Assembly: GCA_028534125.1 (NCBI GenBank)
Contig: CM052817.1
Location: 48,548,001 to 48,612,000 of the forward strand
DNA length: 64,000 bases
Source of the DNA: Lama glama
Lineage: Eukaryota
Reading direction: 5' to 3'
The position numbers were made by a program, and so were the translations under genes. Positions 1 to 14,545 of the stretch are shown here, piece after piece. Numbering within the stretch: position 1 is the first letter of the stretch; every line of letters starts with the position of its first letter. Under the pieces are notes generated by a model. That model did no database searches. It saw nothing but the letters and a program-made list of their open reading frames with translations, and had not been told where the DNA came from.

Positions 1-279
1 TTTACACTTTAACTAGGAATATAAACATACATGAATCAGAGAACATGTCAAAAGCTTCAACCTCCAAGTTCTGCAGAACCTGAGTGAATGGGGAAATGAT
101 TGCGGGCCAAAGCTGTCAGGGAGTGTGTCCCAGAGCTCTCCTCTAGACTGCAGGGGCTGCAGTGGGAGGGAGATGCGGTGTAAATGCTCTGGGTGGAACG
201 TCACAGGAACGAGGCAGGAGAGGAGGCTCAGGGCCGCTGACACAGTCAGTGACAAGGCCAGCGTGGGCAGAGTAGTGGA

Positions 280-332
280 CGTGTGCTATGAGAGTGTGCC
301 CTGCAGCGTGTGCTATGAGAATGTGCCCAGCA
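280..332. repeat. Short tandem duplication, 27-bp period
   Basis: cgtgtgctatgagagtgtgccctgca (from 280) is followed by cgtgtgctatgagaatgtgcccagca (from 307), with 2 mismatches. Confidence 0.8.
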
Positions 333-2684
333 AAAGTGGGAGAACATAAAATGATGCAATAAAGTGGAGCCAAACTTCAATTTTTCTATTTTTATTATAA
401 AAAAATGTATTAATGAGCTCCCTAAAGTTAGGTGCCAATTACAGGGAAAAAAAATGATTGGTTTGTGGAACCTTCATACATTACAACACATGTGCTACTT
501 TTCAAAGTAATTCCACCAGCTACCACATGACCAAGCTGAAAGTATCTTAATGTTATGGAAATCTACAAATCAGAGAGCAACATTCCAGACCGAATACTTG
601 AAGTTCCTGGGATCTGTTCGTGGAATTCATAGAAATATGTACGTATCTATTTTTTTGGCATGAATGATAAAAAATTTACATTTTCCAACAAACAAATGAG
701 AAAACAGCCACCGGAATACATGATATAATCTTGAAATAAAGTTCCCTTTGAACATGTTATTAAATAACAAATATTCTAAATGAACAGCATACACATATAT
801 TAATGCCACTTTACTTGGAACCATAAAGATAAAGATTTTAAATGCAAGACTCTGAAAACCCTAATCCTGTATGAAGTACCTGCATGGAAAATCTGGCAAA
901 TATGCTTACTGCTCCAGTTACTGTCATGGGAAATAAAACCTAAAGCGGACACTTCCTCTTATGGAAAACAATCAAAAGGTGGTTAGAAAGTTTAAAAGAA
1001 AAAAGAAAGAAAAAGAAAGAAAGAAAGGGAGAAAAAAGGCTAAAAGATGTTGGTGTGGCACGCACCTTCTGTATCATCGCGCATTTGCTCCACCAAATCT
1101 GTCAAATCCTCCCAAGAGTCTTTGCAAACGGCAAAAAGAAAGGAAAAGAAAGATAAAATGTCATGCAAGCCAAGAAAGAAAAGTGTTATTAAAAACAAGG
1201 TTTCAAAAGGGATAACTGAAAGGGAGATTCCCAGAACTCTTTGAGCTTAGCCCAAGAGGTTAGCAGTCACCCAAGGAGGAATGTGACACTAACAAAGCAG
1301 AGATATTAACTGTGATATTAAATGTCGCAAAGCTGAGATTAATAATTTCAGTTTTTAATAAAAGGGAAGGTGCACATCCCATAAAAAACTAACAGGTTTT
1401 TTTTCCCCCACTGAAAATCAAGATTAGATTCTTGGTATTCTAAGTGTACGCAACCTCATTCAATATCTATTTTCATCCCCTCAGTGAAGCTGAAAAACAT
1501 GTGAGGTGTTTTTTAGACTCAGGCCAAATATCATGCAAAACTAGTGACTTGGAATAATAAAGAAAAATCTCAATAGTCTTCCTGATGCCCTCCACCCCAA
1601 CAGTTCTCCTTCCCCAAAACAAAAATAAAGGAAAAGTTGCTGTTTTGAAGACAAAATAAATCACTTATAATAAAATGAACACAGATAATGTTTATCCAGT
1701 TAAAAGTATAGTACTCTCTCCTCTTACTGTAAATTCAATGTTCTTGCACACAGAATAGTGAGAATATGAAGTGAAAGAACAAGAATGTCAAGATTACAAA
1801 TGTAACAGATTATTCTATTATTCTATAGTAGGTAGATTCTATTTTAGTGTCTTCTAACAGTGTCTTAAAACTGATAGATCATTTTCTGTTCTGAAATAAG
1901 TTTTGAGAACCTATAGAAATTTTAAAAAATGGATTAGCATCTTCCTTCAGTAACTCTGAAACCATTATTTTACACACAATGGCATATTCATACTTAAACT
2001 CACAAATCATGTGAATTTTACATGTGTAAGTATGCAGCAAATAAAGGTAAGTTCTCAGAGAATGAACATAAAAGAATGAGAAAATGGGCCAAGAATGCTT
2101 TGCCCATGATAAGCCCTCTTTCTTGAAAGATTTATCACAGAAGTCAGCATAGTATCTGAAGCAATAACTTGGAATAACCATCTAAAAAAAGAACTTACCA
2201 TTTGTCCTATTCTCACGAGTTTTATAAAATACTACTGTAATTAAACTGATTAATTTTAGTTCTCATGTAACAGAATTTTCTAGTAGACTATAAGGGTATA
2301 TTCTAGTGTCAAATATATGGTCAGTTATTCTGTAAAGATGCGCAAAAAAAAGATCCAAGTATATAGAAAGTTTAAATTTAAATTTAAATTCAGAAAACAG
2401 GGAAGCAGATGGGGATCTAGTAAGGTGATATATGATTAAAATGGAACTTTTCTGAAAAATAGATATATACAGATTATTGGCTAGGTCAAACACAAAGATA
2501 GGTAATACAAAAAGACTGCAAGTGTCTATGCCCTATTACATTTGTGCTATCTCCCAATTCAAAAGTCTAGAAATTAATGATTTAGAAAACCAAGCACAGG
2601 AGTACAGCTCAGAGGACCAGGATTAAATTCCTAACTTCTGTCAACATCCCCAGCAAGTCACTTTATAAACAGAGGCAGGAAAAC

Positions 2685-2870
2685 ATGCTGGTTCAGAGAA
2701 CAGACTCAAGAGCGGAACGCCTGGGCTCCCGTCCCAGCCCCACCCCTTACTCGCTGTGTGACCTTGGTCCGGGTACTCCATCTCTTTTCCCGTAGTCAGT
2801 TTCCTCATCTGTAAAACATGGACGAGAACAGGACCTGCCCTACAGCACTGGTGTGAGAAGTAAAGAGTAA
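2685..2870 (+). mobile_element. MIR SINE remnant
   Basis: MIR core-like text: gctgtgtgaccttgg...cagtttcctcatctgtaaaa...acctgccctacag...gtgtgag. Confidence 0.75.
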
Positions 2871-2872
2871 AC

Positions 2873-3080
2873 TTAGGTTCAAAACCTTTTATCTATTTTC
2901 TGGCCAAATGTATTTTGAAATTCAGCATTTTATTTTTTAATTTTAGAAAAGTAAAATGGTATATACTGAGGCCAACAAACATGCAGAACCAGCAGGGCCT
3001 GGGGCAGCACGTCACATTAAGCACATTAGTATTCCTGTAGGAAATAGATATTCAAATTAAATATGGTAATTAAAGACTTT
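2873..3080. mobile_element. Old DNA transposon remnant (MER46C/Tigger-like)
   Basis: Resembles the remembered consensus (ggccaaatgtattttgaaattcag...cagcagggcctggggcagcac...cacattagtattcctg). Family call not verified. Confidence 0.5.
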
Positions 3081-3354
3081 AAAGTACCGAGCACATTATA
3101 GGTACTCAATGTCCACTCTAGGTATACAAGAAACCAGTGTGTGCCCTGTATTCTGATTTGGCTACAAACTGGAGTCATCTAAGTATATTTGCCATAATTA
3201 TTCAAAGGAAATAGAGGGAATGGGATTGAAAAAAAAAAAACCCTAAATATTAAACACAGCGAAAAACCCTAAGTCAATATAAGTAGACTAAATGACAAAT
3301 TTAACAGCTGAGGTGCTGTTAAACTAACAATAATACAATTAGGTTGTTAACATA

Positions 3355-3489
3355 ACGATAAATAGTAGTGAAAGAACTGTCAGGCTGATTTTTAAAAATG
3401 CTAATAGGTCCTGTTCTTTCACTACTACGATAAATAGTAGTGAAAGAACTGTCAGGCTAATTTTTAAAAATGCTAATAGGTCCTGTTCT
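3355..3489. repeat. 63-bp direct duplication with a 9-bp inverted-template spacer
   Basis: Copies at 3355-3417 and 3427-3489 differ by one base. Junction 3413-3427 is the reverse complement of 3363-3377 and of 3435-3449. Confidence 0.95.
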
Positions 3490-3592
3490 AACCAGTAACT
3501 GAGGCTAAGGTCTATCGTCTTCCCAAAGTATAGAAAAACCAAGAATATCAGCAAAAAAACAAATGGTCTGAGAAAAAGTAATACTAAGTTAT

Positions 3593-4445
3593 TGTGATAC
3601 TGTGATTTATAATAAGAAATATGTATTTGGTCTTCATCCCTAGTCGCTGACACAGAGCTCACGAAACCTTGTAAATTCCTAAGTGATGACAACATTAGAA
3701 GCATCTTTTGCTCTAATGAGGTGACTCTGGGTGGGCTCCTGGATGGGAGCTGGTGCCTAGAAAGCCTAAGACATAATTAGAAGATTGTAATTATCAGCAG
3801 CATCCCCTCCCTTCGAGAGAGAGATGTGGACTGAAAATGGAGTTAATAATTGGTCTTGTCCATGTGAGGAAACCTCCTTAAAATCCCAAAAGTATGAGGT
3901 TTGAAAGCTTTCAGGTTGGTGACCACATTCATGTACCCGGGAGGGTGATGTATCCCAACTCAACAGAGCAGAAGCTCCTGCTCTGAATCCTCCCAGACCT
4001 CACTCTAGGTATCTCTTTATCTGGCTGCATACCTATATCCTTTACCATATCCTTTAATAAGTTGGCAAAGTTAAGTGCTTCCCTTTGTTCCATGAGTTGT
4101 TTAGCACATAACTGAATTCAAGGGCGAGGAGGTCATGGGGACCTCCGATTTGCAGCCCAGTCAGAAGTTGTGGGTAACCTGGAGACCTACTACTTGCAAT
4201 TGGCATCTCAAGTGGGGAAGAGGGGTCCTGTGGGACTGAGTCCTTGACCTGTGGGATCTGATGCTTTCTCTAGGCAGATAAGAGTCAGAATTGAGTTAAA
4301 TTGTGGGACAACCATCTGGTATTGCTGAATCACTTGGTACTGGGAAAAACCTACACACATTTGGTGACCAGAAGTGTCAGAAGTGAAGTGTTCTGTGTGA
4401 AAGTAAAAGAGACCCAGGAGAAGAAATGTACCTTTTCCCATTACA
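3593..4445 (+). mobile_element. Solo LTR, MER21-like
   Basis: Starts tgtgatactgtgatttataataagaaatatgtatttggtcttc; contains acctgtgggatctgatgct...gtcagaattgagttaaattgtgggaca. A related element lies in the opposite orientation at about 38450-39272. Confidence 0.8.
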
Positions 4446-5229
4446 GTTATCAGCATTTGAGCCACTTAATATTTACTGAGCACATCTGGGGAGCAAAGAA
4501 CTTTACTAAGGCAGCTAAGTACGGTTAGTTTGCACAGAAGATACAAAGATGAAACATCCACAGACACTGCCCTTGAGGAGATCTAGGTAACTATGACACG
4601 AGGTAAAAGGGACTGGTATTAGAGAGATAAGAGAAGATAGAAGAGATTCCTAAGTCAGGTGAGCAGCTAGGTGACACAGGGCCTGAAGGGGAGAGGGGAT
4701 AAGGAAAAGGGGCCTCCTCAGGAGACCTTCGCCCTCTTGCCTGAATGGTTACAATGGCAGAAAATAATGTCTCTGATTAACTGGACCTCAAATGGGTAGC
4801 TGCTGCCCATAGAACAGGACACAGTGAAATTCTCAGATAAGATATAGTACATCTCATACATATGCTAAGATTTACAGCCCTAGGAGAAAGAAAGAAGAAA
4901 TTTCAGCAGCCTTTCATCCCAGAAAGTAAACTCGAGCAATCTCAGAAAAGGGTGAAATTTCTCACTGTACAATCAATGGTAAAACTCATTCTCTTCTGCT
5001 TAGGACACTGTCGCTAGTATAAAGGAAAAAAAAAAAGATAAAACATCATGCAGTTTATAGCTGCTGAATCAACTGTCCAAAAACCACAACTGTTTCCTTT
5101 GAAAGTTCAGATTTTAACACACTGTGAGAAACCACAACCAACTGCAGTGGCAAAAGAAGAAGAGTTGCAAAGAAAAAGCCAATATGAAAATTCATGATGC
5201 CATGTATTAAAATTTTTAGTGTTTATGGC

Positions 5230-5735
5230 AGCTTGGAATTGTATATAAAAAATTAAAATACACTACCATTTGATCAAGAAATTCCACTTCTAAAAATGAA
5301 AATTGTTCAAATGAAATGTGTTCAAGTTATAAACATAATGATATGCCAAAACTGTGGTAGCCTATTTTAGAAATAACCTAAATGTCTATAATAAGGGACT
5401 CAAAGAAGTTATGGTACTTCCAAACAAAAGACAGTAAATGAGGTGATATAGAGTTCTAGTTACTGATACAGAAAGATGCTGCAGAGAAAAAAGGCAGGTC
5501 ACACAACACAGGAATGGAATGATCTTACATGTATAAAGTTGTGTAAGCTTGTAAATGAACTCCATGTGTACATATTTAAAAAAGAGAATCTGGTTACTAA
5601 ATCTTACTAGTAGTTATTGGTAAGTATTAGAATTTTAGGTGAATTCTACCATTTTATATTTTTTACTTTTCTGTATTCTGTGACTCAAATGCAAATATAT
5701 TCTTTTTATAACTAGAAAAATAAAGTTGTTTTCAC
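5230..5735 (+). mobile_element. Old L1 (L1M) 3'-end remnant
   Basis: Degraded L1 3' motifs: taccatttgatcaagaaattccacttcta...aaataacctaaatgtctataataagggact...gttatggtac. Confidence 0.55.
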
Positions 5736-7369
5736 TAAAATACATATATTCATTATACATTAATATATGTTAACATATATTATTAGAACCCCATTATCTT
5801 CAATACACTGATAGATATTTTATTTTGGGAAATTCAATTACGATGAGTAATAAATACTTAGGGGCCGTTTGGCAATAAGTCTGTTTCACTGTCCCTCTAC
5901 ACGTGTGTTTCTAAGCTCAGCAAATTCTTCTATTTGTTCTCTGGCAAAGTTCAAATGTGAAAAATTGCAAGGGAATGAATTTTAGTATTTACTTCCCTGT
6001 ACTCAAAGGCACTTTGTAGCAGTCTCAGTGGACTGTTGGGAGTTGGAAGAACCACAATGGAAAATCATACCCCATTATGCTACCTTTCCAAAAGAGAGGC
6101 ACCACTGAAACCCCCCAAATAATACAGAACCACAACTGAAGAGCAGAGAATACTGTGGGTGCTCTCAGATGGCAGCCTTTTTCTCTTCCCAGCCAGGTCT
6201 CACAGGTACCCAGGCTTGGGAATCCAACAACTTGAATTCCAATCTGAGTTCCATCTCTTGAGTAGTAGTTAGCTAATCTGGTACAACATTCACCTCTGGA
6301 AAATGAAAAATACGTCCCTGATTAGTTTAGGACAAATGACCTTCTGGCACTGGAAGCTGATAACTCAAGGAAGAGTTAGTATGAACTATGTTAAGAAAGG
6401 CACAAATTAAAGTAAAAGCTACGTTCAAGAAAGGTCCAGAAAAAGCTCACCAATAGAGAAGAAAGCCAGTAGTAAGGCACTGTGATTAATGACAGTCCAC
6501 TGAAGTGGATGCCAGTGGCAGAACTACTAAGGAGCTGGGAAGAAACTGAGAGTAGACCTGAAATTGGAAGGAGAAAGCTGATTTCAGGGAGAGCCCATTA
6601 CCGTCAGCTCAGAGGCATCAGGTGGCTCTTCTATGGCTTAATTACAGATTGGGGTACAAATGTAACTCAGCTAATACTTTCCCCCAGCTTTAGGATTTTA
6701 TAAAATCCTGGAAGTGAGTGGGTAAAACTTACCTTGGAAGGGTGACTAGCCTGGCTATTCCCAGAACACAGCAACAAGAAGGGAAGAACCTTGTCCCAAG
6801 ACCTCTGTCCGGTAGGCTTCTGAGGTGGTAATAAAAGCTATAGCCACTTCACTTTGAGAAGTTCACAAAGACTGCCCTGTGCACAAGTAATCACAACTTG
6901 GAGAACCTGACCCTGTAACTCTGAGGCTAACCCGGGCTGGTGGCAAATGTTCCAGGAATCTCACTGAGGGCAGTTTACAAAAGGAGGAGTGCATAGCGAA
7001 AGCAAAGAACAGTAACACAATTCTGTAAAAGATGAGAATCCTGACGACTCAGATCTTATTTTCTGAACACAGGAAAGGAATAAATCAAATGCTGTACCGA
7101 ATGCACCTAAGTCTAGACACTATGGGTCACCCTTGTGCACTGCATGCAGCTTCTAGACAGCTTGGAAAATAAACCCTGGCCTGGCTTGTGACCTGGAAAA
7201 ACTCAAGATGTCTACCTGAAACATTAAAAATTATACTGGAAACTGAATCCGAAACAGCAGCTCTGCTTTTAGGCTCCTGCTCCTGCTCATGGACATGGGA
7301 AACCCTGCCACGGAAGGTGCTTAACTCTGAGTTAGACAGACAGATGACTGCAGACCTATAGTTTTCATA

Positions 7370-7975
7370 AAGCTTTTTTCTTAAAAAAAAAAGCATTTTT
7401 CTCCTGATTATAGTAATATATCTTCTTGTAGAATATCTGGAAGACATAAAGAAGTATGAAGAATGTAAAAATCATCTGTAGGTCCACTATCCAGAGAAAA
7501 CTATTTTTTACATTTTTGGTACATTTCCTTTTACTTGTGTGTATGTGTAGCTATATTTAAAACAGATTATGACCATAGGGTACATGCATCTTGGGAGACA
7601 GCCTTTAAAACTTATTATATTCTAAACAACACCCTAAGCCATTAAGTATTCTTCCACAACATCATTATTAGTGTTTGTTGTACTGATGTTCTACAATTAT
7701 TTGAACAATTTTCCTGCTAGGCTATCTAAGTTGCATTTAAAGTTTTGCCACTCTAAATAATTAATACTGTGATAAATATACCTACCTGTATATTTTGCCT
7801 GTACCTCTGATTATTTCCTTAGGAGAGATGTTCAGTATAATCACTGGGACTTAATTTTTTAAGGCTCCTGATCCACACTGATAAAGTGATTTCCAAAAAT
7901 GCTGTACCACTGTATACTCCCACCAGCAGAGCCCCCACCTGGATCTGCCCACACTTTCATCAGCACTGAGTATTA
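7370..7975 (-). mobile_element. Old L1 (L1ME-like) remnant
   Basis: Reverse-strand L1 3' motifs: tctgattatttccttagga...gctgtaccactgtatactcccaccagcag. Confidence 0.6.
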
Positions 7976-10566
7976 CTCATGGATATGGTAAACAACAACA
8001 AATTATTTCTTACACTCAATTTCTATTTTCAAAATAAGATACAATGAGTCTAGAGTATGATAAATGATTTTTAAAAATTGAAAATACCCAGAAACCGTAA
8101 GTTGTGTATAATGGAGGGAAGGTATTCCAATAATCTTTTCTTTTAAAAGTGATTATTTTCTGGAGTTATGGGGCATTAATGAGCTCATCTAAAGTGTGCT
8201 GGATAGCTACCATAAACAGGATGCCAAAGAAAAGTTTTTCCCCAAAGAACTTTCTGTATAACTTCATAAAGTAGGAATCATATAGATTAAAATAAATCAC
8301 TGGAGAATGATTTCAAGTGCATTCAAGCAAGTGACACAACAGTATCCAATGATTCAGGAGATGAAGGGTGTTGGGTTTGTTAGAGAGGGCTCATAGATGA
8401 AGGGTGTCAAGGGTCCTTTCCTTTTCCTAATTTAATGTCAGCAAGAAGAATCTCAAGCAGGAATAGTGGAACAACAAGAATCAGGGTTTTGGTGAAGTAC
8501 AGAATCACAGCCTGGTTGAAATAGGTAAGCACAGAAAAGGAGTTTGAAAAAACATTTGATAAGTAAAGTTACCCAAAGAAGGGCATGAGAATATTTGGCT
8601 AAACAATTAGCATTCAACGTAGTTACTATTCTATACAATCCATAATCACAAACATTACTGCTCCCACAAACAGCTTTTCATGTCATTTTGCACAACCACT
8701 TGAGAAACATATTACGATCAGCACATAAAGGTGCTGCCTGCCAGCCAGGTCAGTTTCAGCAGTGTGCCGTTTCTGTTGTTGGGCAGCACCTGCACAACTA
8801 GGGAAATATCTTCGTGGACTTTATAAAAATGGGTGGAAAGAGGGGAAGAAAATCAAGTGGATAAAAAGCTAAGGCCTCCAATTTAATTGATGGCACAGAA
8901 GAGCTGCCTGATAAATGATAACATCTCCTCCTGCTACACCACCACCACCACTACTTTCTCAGGAATATTCTACATTCAATATAAAGGCTGACTGAAACCG
9001 ACTCTTGTACAAGAATGAAACGTTCACTTTTGTGAAGACTTATTTGGCATTCTTATAATGAATGAATCAGTATCTGGAGAAATGGTTTAGAGAAAAGCTG
9101 AGAGTAGGTATGGGAATCTGGATGTGACATAATGAGATCCTGGTAGTTGTGGAAATGAGTATGAAAGACAAAATTAAGCCTCTTGTGTGGAACAGAACAC
9201 ATACATCCTTCTTTGATGCCCTAACATATATAGCACGGTTTGATTAATTATAAGAGAAAACTATAGTTTTAACAAAGTATGGAAGTAAATGCAAACATAT
9301 AATGAACTTATTCACTGTCAGAACACTTCAGATTTTAATGTTAAAAAAATTAACACTGGCACAACCAGAAAAGAAAAAGAAATCTACTGTTTGATCACTA
9401 CCCTTAACATTTTGTCCCCGGTAGAGCATGTGGCTTTAGTAGTATTTCAGAGCAAAGAGGTGAAAATTTACTGAAAAGGAACTTTGGAAAGAGGCTGAAA
9501 ATATATACTGAAAATCTTTCCGCTCTGGCGTTTGGGTCTCTGCAAATGCTGTCTCTTCCCCACCTCCCACCCCCACCATCCCTTGCCTCCAGTTTACAAC
9601 TAGATTAACCCCTGCTTACCCTTTACGTCTTAAATTCAGACATTATTTCAATTGGAAAATTTCCCTGGAACTCCCTAGAAAATATTTTTGGCTCTGTACC
9701 ATTACACTGCAATGACTGCCATTTTACTTGCTGAAGTACCCTACTTCCCACTTATCAATAAGCTCAGAAGAGAACAGAGGAACGGGCCAGTTCACTGTGC
9801 TGTACCTCAGGACCTAGCATAGGGTGGAGCATAAACTGTAAGTGGGATACTTAAATGTGTGCTGAATGACGGGCCGAAGGTCTGATCTTACGATAAAAAC
9901 TGCATGTTTTTAAAATATTGCTTTTTTTCCTTTGGGGGTTCTAATGGACCCTAAGGATTTCTTCCCCAGGAAAAAAAATGCAGATATAAAATTTTATATA
10001 TAATTTTTTGGATCATGGATCCCAGGCTTAGAAGCCCTGCACAAGACTGTAGTGAATTCATGCTATCAAGTTTCTTGGTAAACATCCATTTGGATTTCCC
10101 GCCAAAATGCCCACTGGGACATGCACTTTTTTCATTAAAACATATGCACTTCCCAGGCAAGTTGGGCTTACACTAGTGTGCAGTGATGTGAATGAGTAAA
10201 AGGATGTTAGTAAATGTCCGTGGAATTATCTCAGCACCAGACACTTTCCACAGTCACTGAATAACAAACCATTTCATCTTCAGGGAATTTTTCTTTGCTT
10301 ATTGTATCAGTAGAGTATTTCCTATTGAATGGAAAAACCTGATCCCACACCTGCACCCACACAGGGCTTTGGGAAGTGTGGTCACTTTAAGTGCTATCTG
10401 GCTCTGAATTCCATGTCCAGTTCCTAAGAAACAGAATTGACTGTCTTTTAGTAACCAAGTAGTTCACATTTGTTTTACCGCAGCCTCTGACATCTTTGTT
10501 TCATCTCTTTACCCTGACTTCTGTGAATTCACTGAAGGCAAGAGCCACCTATTTTTTAGTCTCTAG

Positions 10567-10841
<275 letters not shown>

Positions 10842-11550
10842 AAGGGATGCCCAATAAACATTTCTGACCAAATGACAAACCAAAACACATTCCTTGCATG
10901 ATGTGCAATATCATCACTACACTCACAGATGTTACATATAAGCTGCCCCGTTATACACTAAAGTATAAACGCCAGATCCCTGAAATGAACACTAAAGCAG
11001 GAAACAACCATTGGGGAGGACTGCAGAGTCATGCGGTGATAGCATGTCTGAAGTCAGCCAGCAAACAGTTCTCCACAGCAACACTGCAATCAAAGACCTG
11101 AGCAAAAGTTCTCTTCTCAATGTGTCTCTCCCCTGTATCATTTCTTCATAGTCTGCCTCTTATTATCTGTATTTGAGAAGGATGTTTTCTAAGTCAGAAA
11201 AGTAATTCAGAGCTTACAGTTGTTTTTTTAACAAAATGGTACAGATCATCTCTCAATGTTGGATTCCTCATCTTTAAAAGAAAGTTAATAGGAAAACAAG
11301 TATTTCTTGATAACTGAGGTTTATTTTTAACTAAGTATTTTCTTGTTTATAAAGGCTCAAGGAAGGACAATGCTCAAACACGAATTTAAGCTACTAATGT
11401 TCACCTTCAGTCTGTTTGGTAAACAACTAGTTTTGACCAGTCCAGATGGTTAGACATAAAAACAAATATACACTAAAATGGCAATAGATTTAATGATGTG
11501 GCTTAAACTGTTGCAGCACAAACTACTGTCTCATGAATAATTATTTTATG

Positions 11551-11670
11551 AGGGGGAGGTAATTAGGCTTATTCACTGATTTCTGCTTGGAGGAGGTGCT
11601 GGGGATTGAACCCAGGACCTCTTGTGTGCTGAGTGTGTGCTCTACCACTTGAGCTATACCCTTCCCCCCT
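11551..11670 (-). mobile_element. tRNA-derived SINE (camelid-type)
   Basis: Reverse complement reads ggggaagggtatagctcaagtggtagag...gaggtcctgggttcaatccccagcacctcc (pol III A and B boxes); flanked by atgaataa(t/c)ta repeats. Confidence 0.85.
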
Positions 11671-14545
11671 ATGAATAACTACTGTACAAATAACTAACAT
11701 TTATAGGGTGCTTTACATTAATTATCCCATTTAATGCTCCTAACCTCCATTTGGTGGGAACCACTCCTAACTGCTTGCTATTGCCCAGCATGGCCGGCTC
11801 ACTGTGCACTGTTTGAAAAGTCATCCCCGCCAGCCTCGGCCCCCTTCCACCACAGTGTCTGCCTGGTGATCATCTACTTATCTCACAAGGTCGAGCCCAG
11901 TTCAGGTGTCACTTACTGGATGAAGCCTTTCCTGAACCTTCCTTACCGCCAGAGATTTGTAGATTCACTCTAGGTTTGTTTTTTTTTTTTAAGTATATTA
12001 AAAAAAAAAAAAGTAGGGGTGGAGAGAGATCACTTCTTTGACCATCAATAAGCACTGAAGTAATAAAGTGAGTTTTACTCCCATATATTTAAGAGTTAAG
12101 TTAGGCAGAAACTCTAGGTCCAGGCTACACTGTGGACTGCACAGTGAAGAGCAGGAACTCTGTCTTCAGAAGATAAAAGTTGGAAACCACAAGGCTTCTA
12201 CTACTGAAGCCACATAGTTAGCCTGTATTATTGTCTTAAGAGGGTACACTATGCTTTCCACCTGCTCTCTTTTGTGGGGGTCAGGAGGCCCCAATGCAGG
12301 ACTTGCGTGGTCAGATGTTTTTCCCTCTAGGAATCAGCTGGGAAGTATTCTGTGAATACTTCTGTGTGTCCGGGCACCAGGTGCTCCATGCTGTCAACAC
12401 GGTGAGATTCTTGTTATCACTGGCCTGGAGATCACCACTTAAACGCTGATGGCAAAATTAAACTTAACAATTATCACTGGCATTAATATTAAAGCAGGCA
12501 TTTCTTGGGTCCAAATGATTGTTTAGACATCCTGAGTTAGCTGGTGGAGCAAGGAATAAAAGCCCTGCACAGCACTACCTGGTGTCCTAGATCACTAAAC
12601 CTACAGATGTTTTCCTGCGCCAGGACTTTCTTTGACCACTTCTCGTTCTAATCATTTGAAATTGTTGCTTCTTTTGCCCAAAAAGGCAAAATTCCAAAAC
12701 TCATTGTCAGCATTTCTCTACTTTCCTCCATACCCCTCTATAATCGATTCTAAGGTTTTGGGAACTTCCTATTTCTGTTTTCCTTAATCCAAGGATGTGC
12801 CACTTAAGCTTAGGCTGCAGTTCTCATACAGTTTCCCTCACAGGTTTTGCAATAAAGAATTCAATCAGCACCACTACAAATGCCTACATGAACCAAACAA
12901 CTCACTTTTGCTCACTCATAGGAATCTTGCTCAAAAAATATATATATTCGAGTACTAAATTTGTTAAAAATTGTTTTTGAGGCACTGACACACTGCCTTT
13001 TACTGCCTTTTATAAAAGGGAATATTTCATATAACATGACTTTCAAAATGAAATTTTTAAAACAAAATATGCTAATTGAGGCATTTGCTAAAATACTTCC
13101 TGGTACCATCTAAAAATGTACTTTCCTTCCCTAAAGATTTTTAAAGCTTTGGAGGCTGTTCTAAACAGTACTGGCATTGTATGGAATTCCAGCTGATGTC
13201 TTCTAATCCTTGTGCACATTCTGAAACTTAGAGCCAAAGGAAGCTGTCCAAGTGACAAACCAATTGTTAAAAGATACAAACGGCCTTAAAAACTACTTAA
13301 CCATTGCCCTTAAAGACACACCCTAAATGACTGCTTTGTGCGGTGCTGTTAACCCTCTCTAACACAGTCTAACTGGGAAAATAATATCCTCTTCTGTCAC
13401 AGAAGGTGAAATCTGAGTCATGACAAGATTGCAACGCTAGGTCAAGGGCAAGGGATCACTATTCCTAACCCAATTGCTATGGCAATTCACCTTATGCCCT
13501 CTGTCCTGCAGATATGCCTAAACATCAGGCAGATGCTTACAAAGAATTTATCTTCATATGTAAGCATTTGTCTTCATTATTTTAAGGGTAGGGAATAAAC
13601 ATTAGCTAAGAGACCATTACACAAAAATACAAAACAATTTGCTTCAAATTATGGCTCAAATTAATTCTCTTCCTTATAATGGGAGAGAAGATGAAAACCT
13701 CTTAAAATTTAGAAAAGGTTCTGGGAACAAAACATTGTAAAATGATTATAAATCAATAAAAAATGTTAAAAAAAAAAAAAAAAGAAAAGGTTCTGGGAGA
13801 AAGTCAGAGTCAAGAGACCACAAAGGTCTCAAAGGTACTGACAGTGGAAATTTCAAAGGGTCATCATAGCTACCACAAATAACTTTTAAAAAGCAATGGC
13901 CAATAGGTTCCAGTCCACGGGTAGGGATTACCTTATCAACCATGTTTAACCTTTTGAAGGCATTATGCTTTTTTAAGTGTCCATATTCATTAAATAAGCA
14001 CTGAATGTAAAACTGCTTTCTCATCTAAGCTTATAATCTACATTATTAAAAAAGATAATGCTGACCAAATATTTTCTAGGTATCATAGCCTGATTAACAT
14101 TACATCCTGATAATAGGATACCCTTCATGAGTGTTTCAACTATATCATGTACAACCCTATAATTACAGTTATGCTATTTTACCTTACTCTATTAAGGATC
14201 ACTCTAATTTCTATAATATTTTAGCATCTGATCAGAATTAATAGCTTTTTCATTATCAATTAGGGTCAGATGTGATAAGTGACCTCAAATGTTCTCATTA
14301 GAGGCTTCAAGACAAAGAACTCTAAACAAGCACCAGCATCTTTTGAAAGGATACCTCATGGGGCAGGGAAAACATATTTTTCCCCAGTAAAGTACTGAAG
14401 GGGAGCTGGTGGTAGGTAAGCTTGAAAGGTTTTCAGGGTTGTTAACAGTTTAGAGTATGGGTTCTTCCTGCCTCTCCCTGACCCTCCCAGCCCAAGTAAC
14501 AATGAGGATGCTGGTGAGACGCTAGTGGATGGGGTCTGACCATAC

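Noticed and set aside
961..1244. Lys/Arg-rich ORFs
   Set aside because: Translation of an A/G-rich low-complexity intronic tract; no splice or homology support.
3355..3489. Repeat-spacer-repeat resembling CRISPR
   Set aside because: Only two 63-bp units with a 9-bp self-derived spacer, in mammalian DNA with no cas genes.
3339..3704. 121-aa hydrophobic ORF with an internal repeat (EQDLLAFLKISLTVLSLLFIV twice)
   Set aside because: The peptide repeat is a by-product of the 72-bp-period DNA duplication, and the ORF starts inside an LTR.
14442..14545. ORF continuation GMVRPHPL... after the RUFY3 exon
   Set aside because: Read-through into the intron past the GT donor at 14545.
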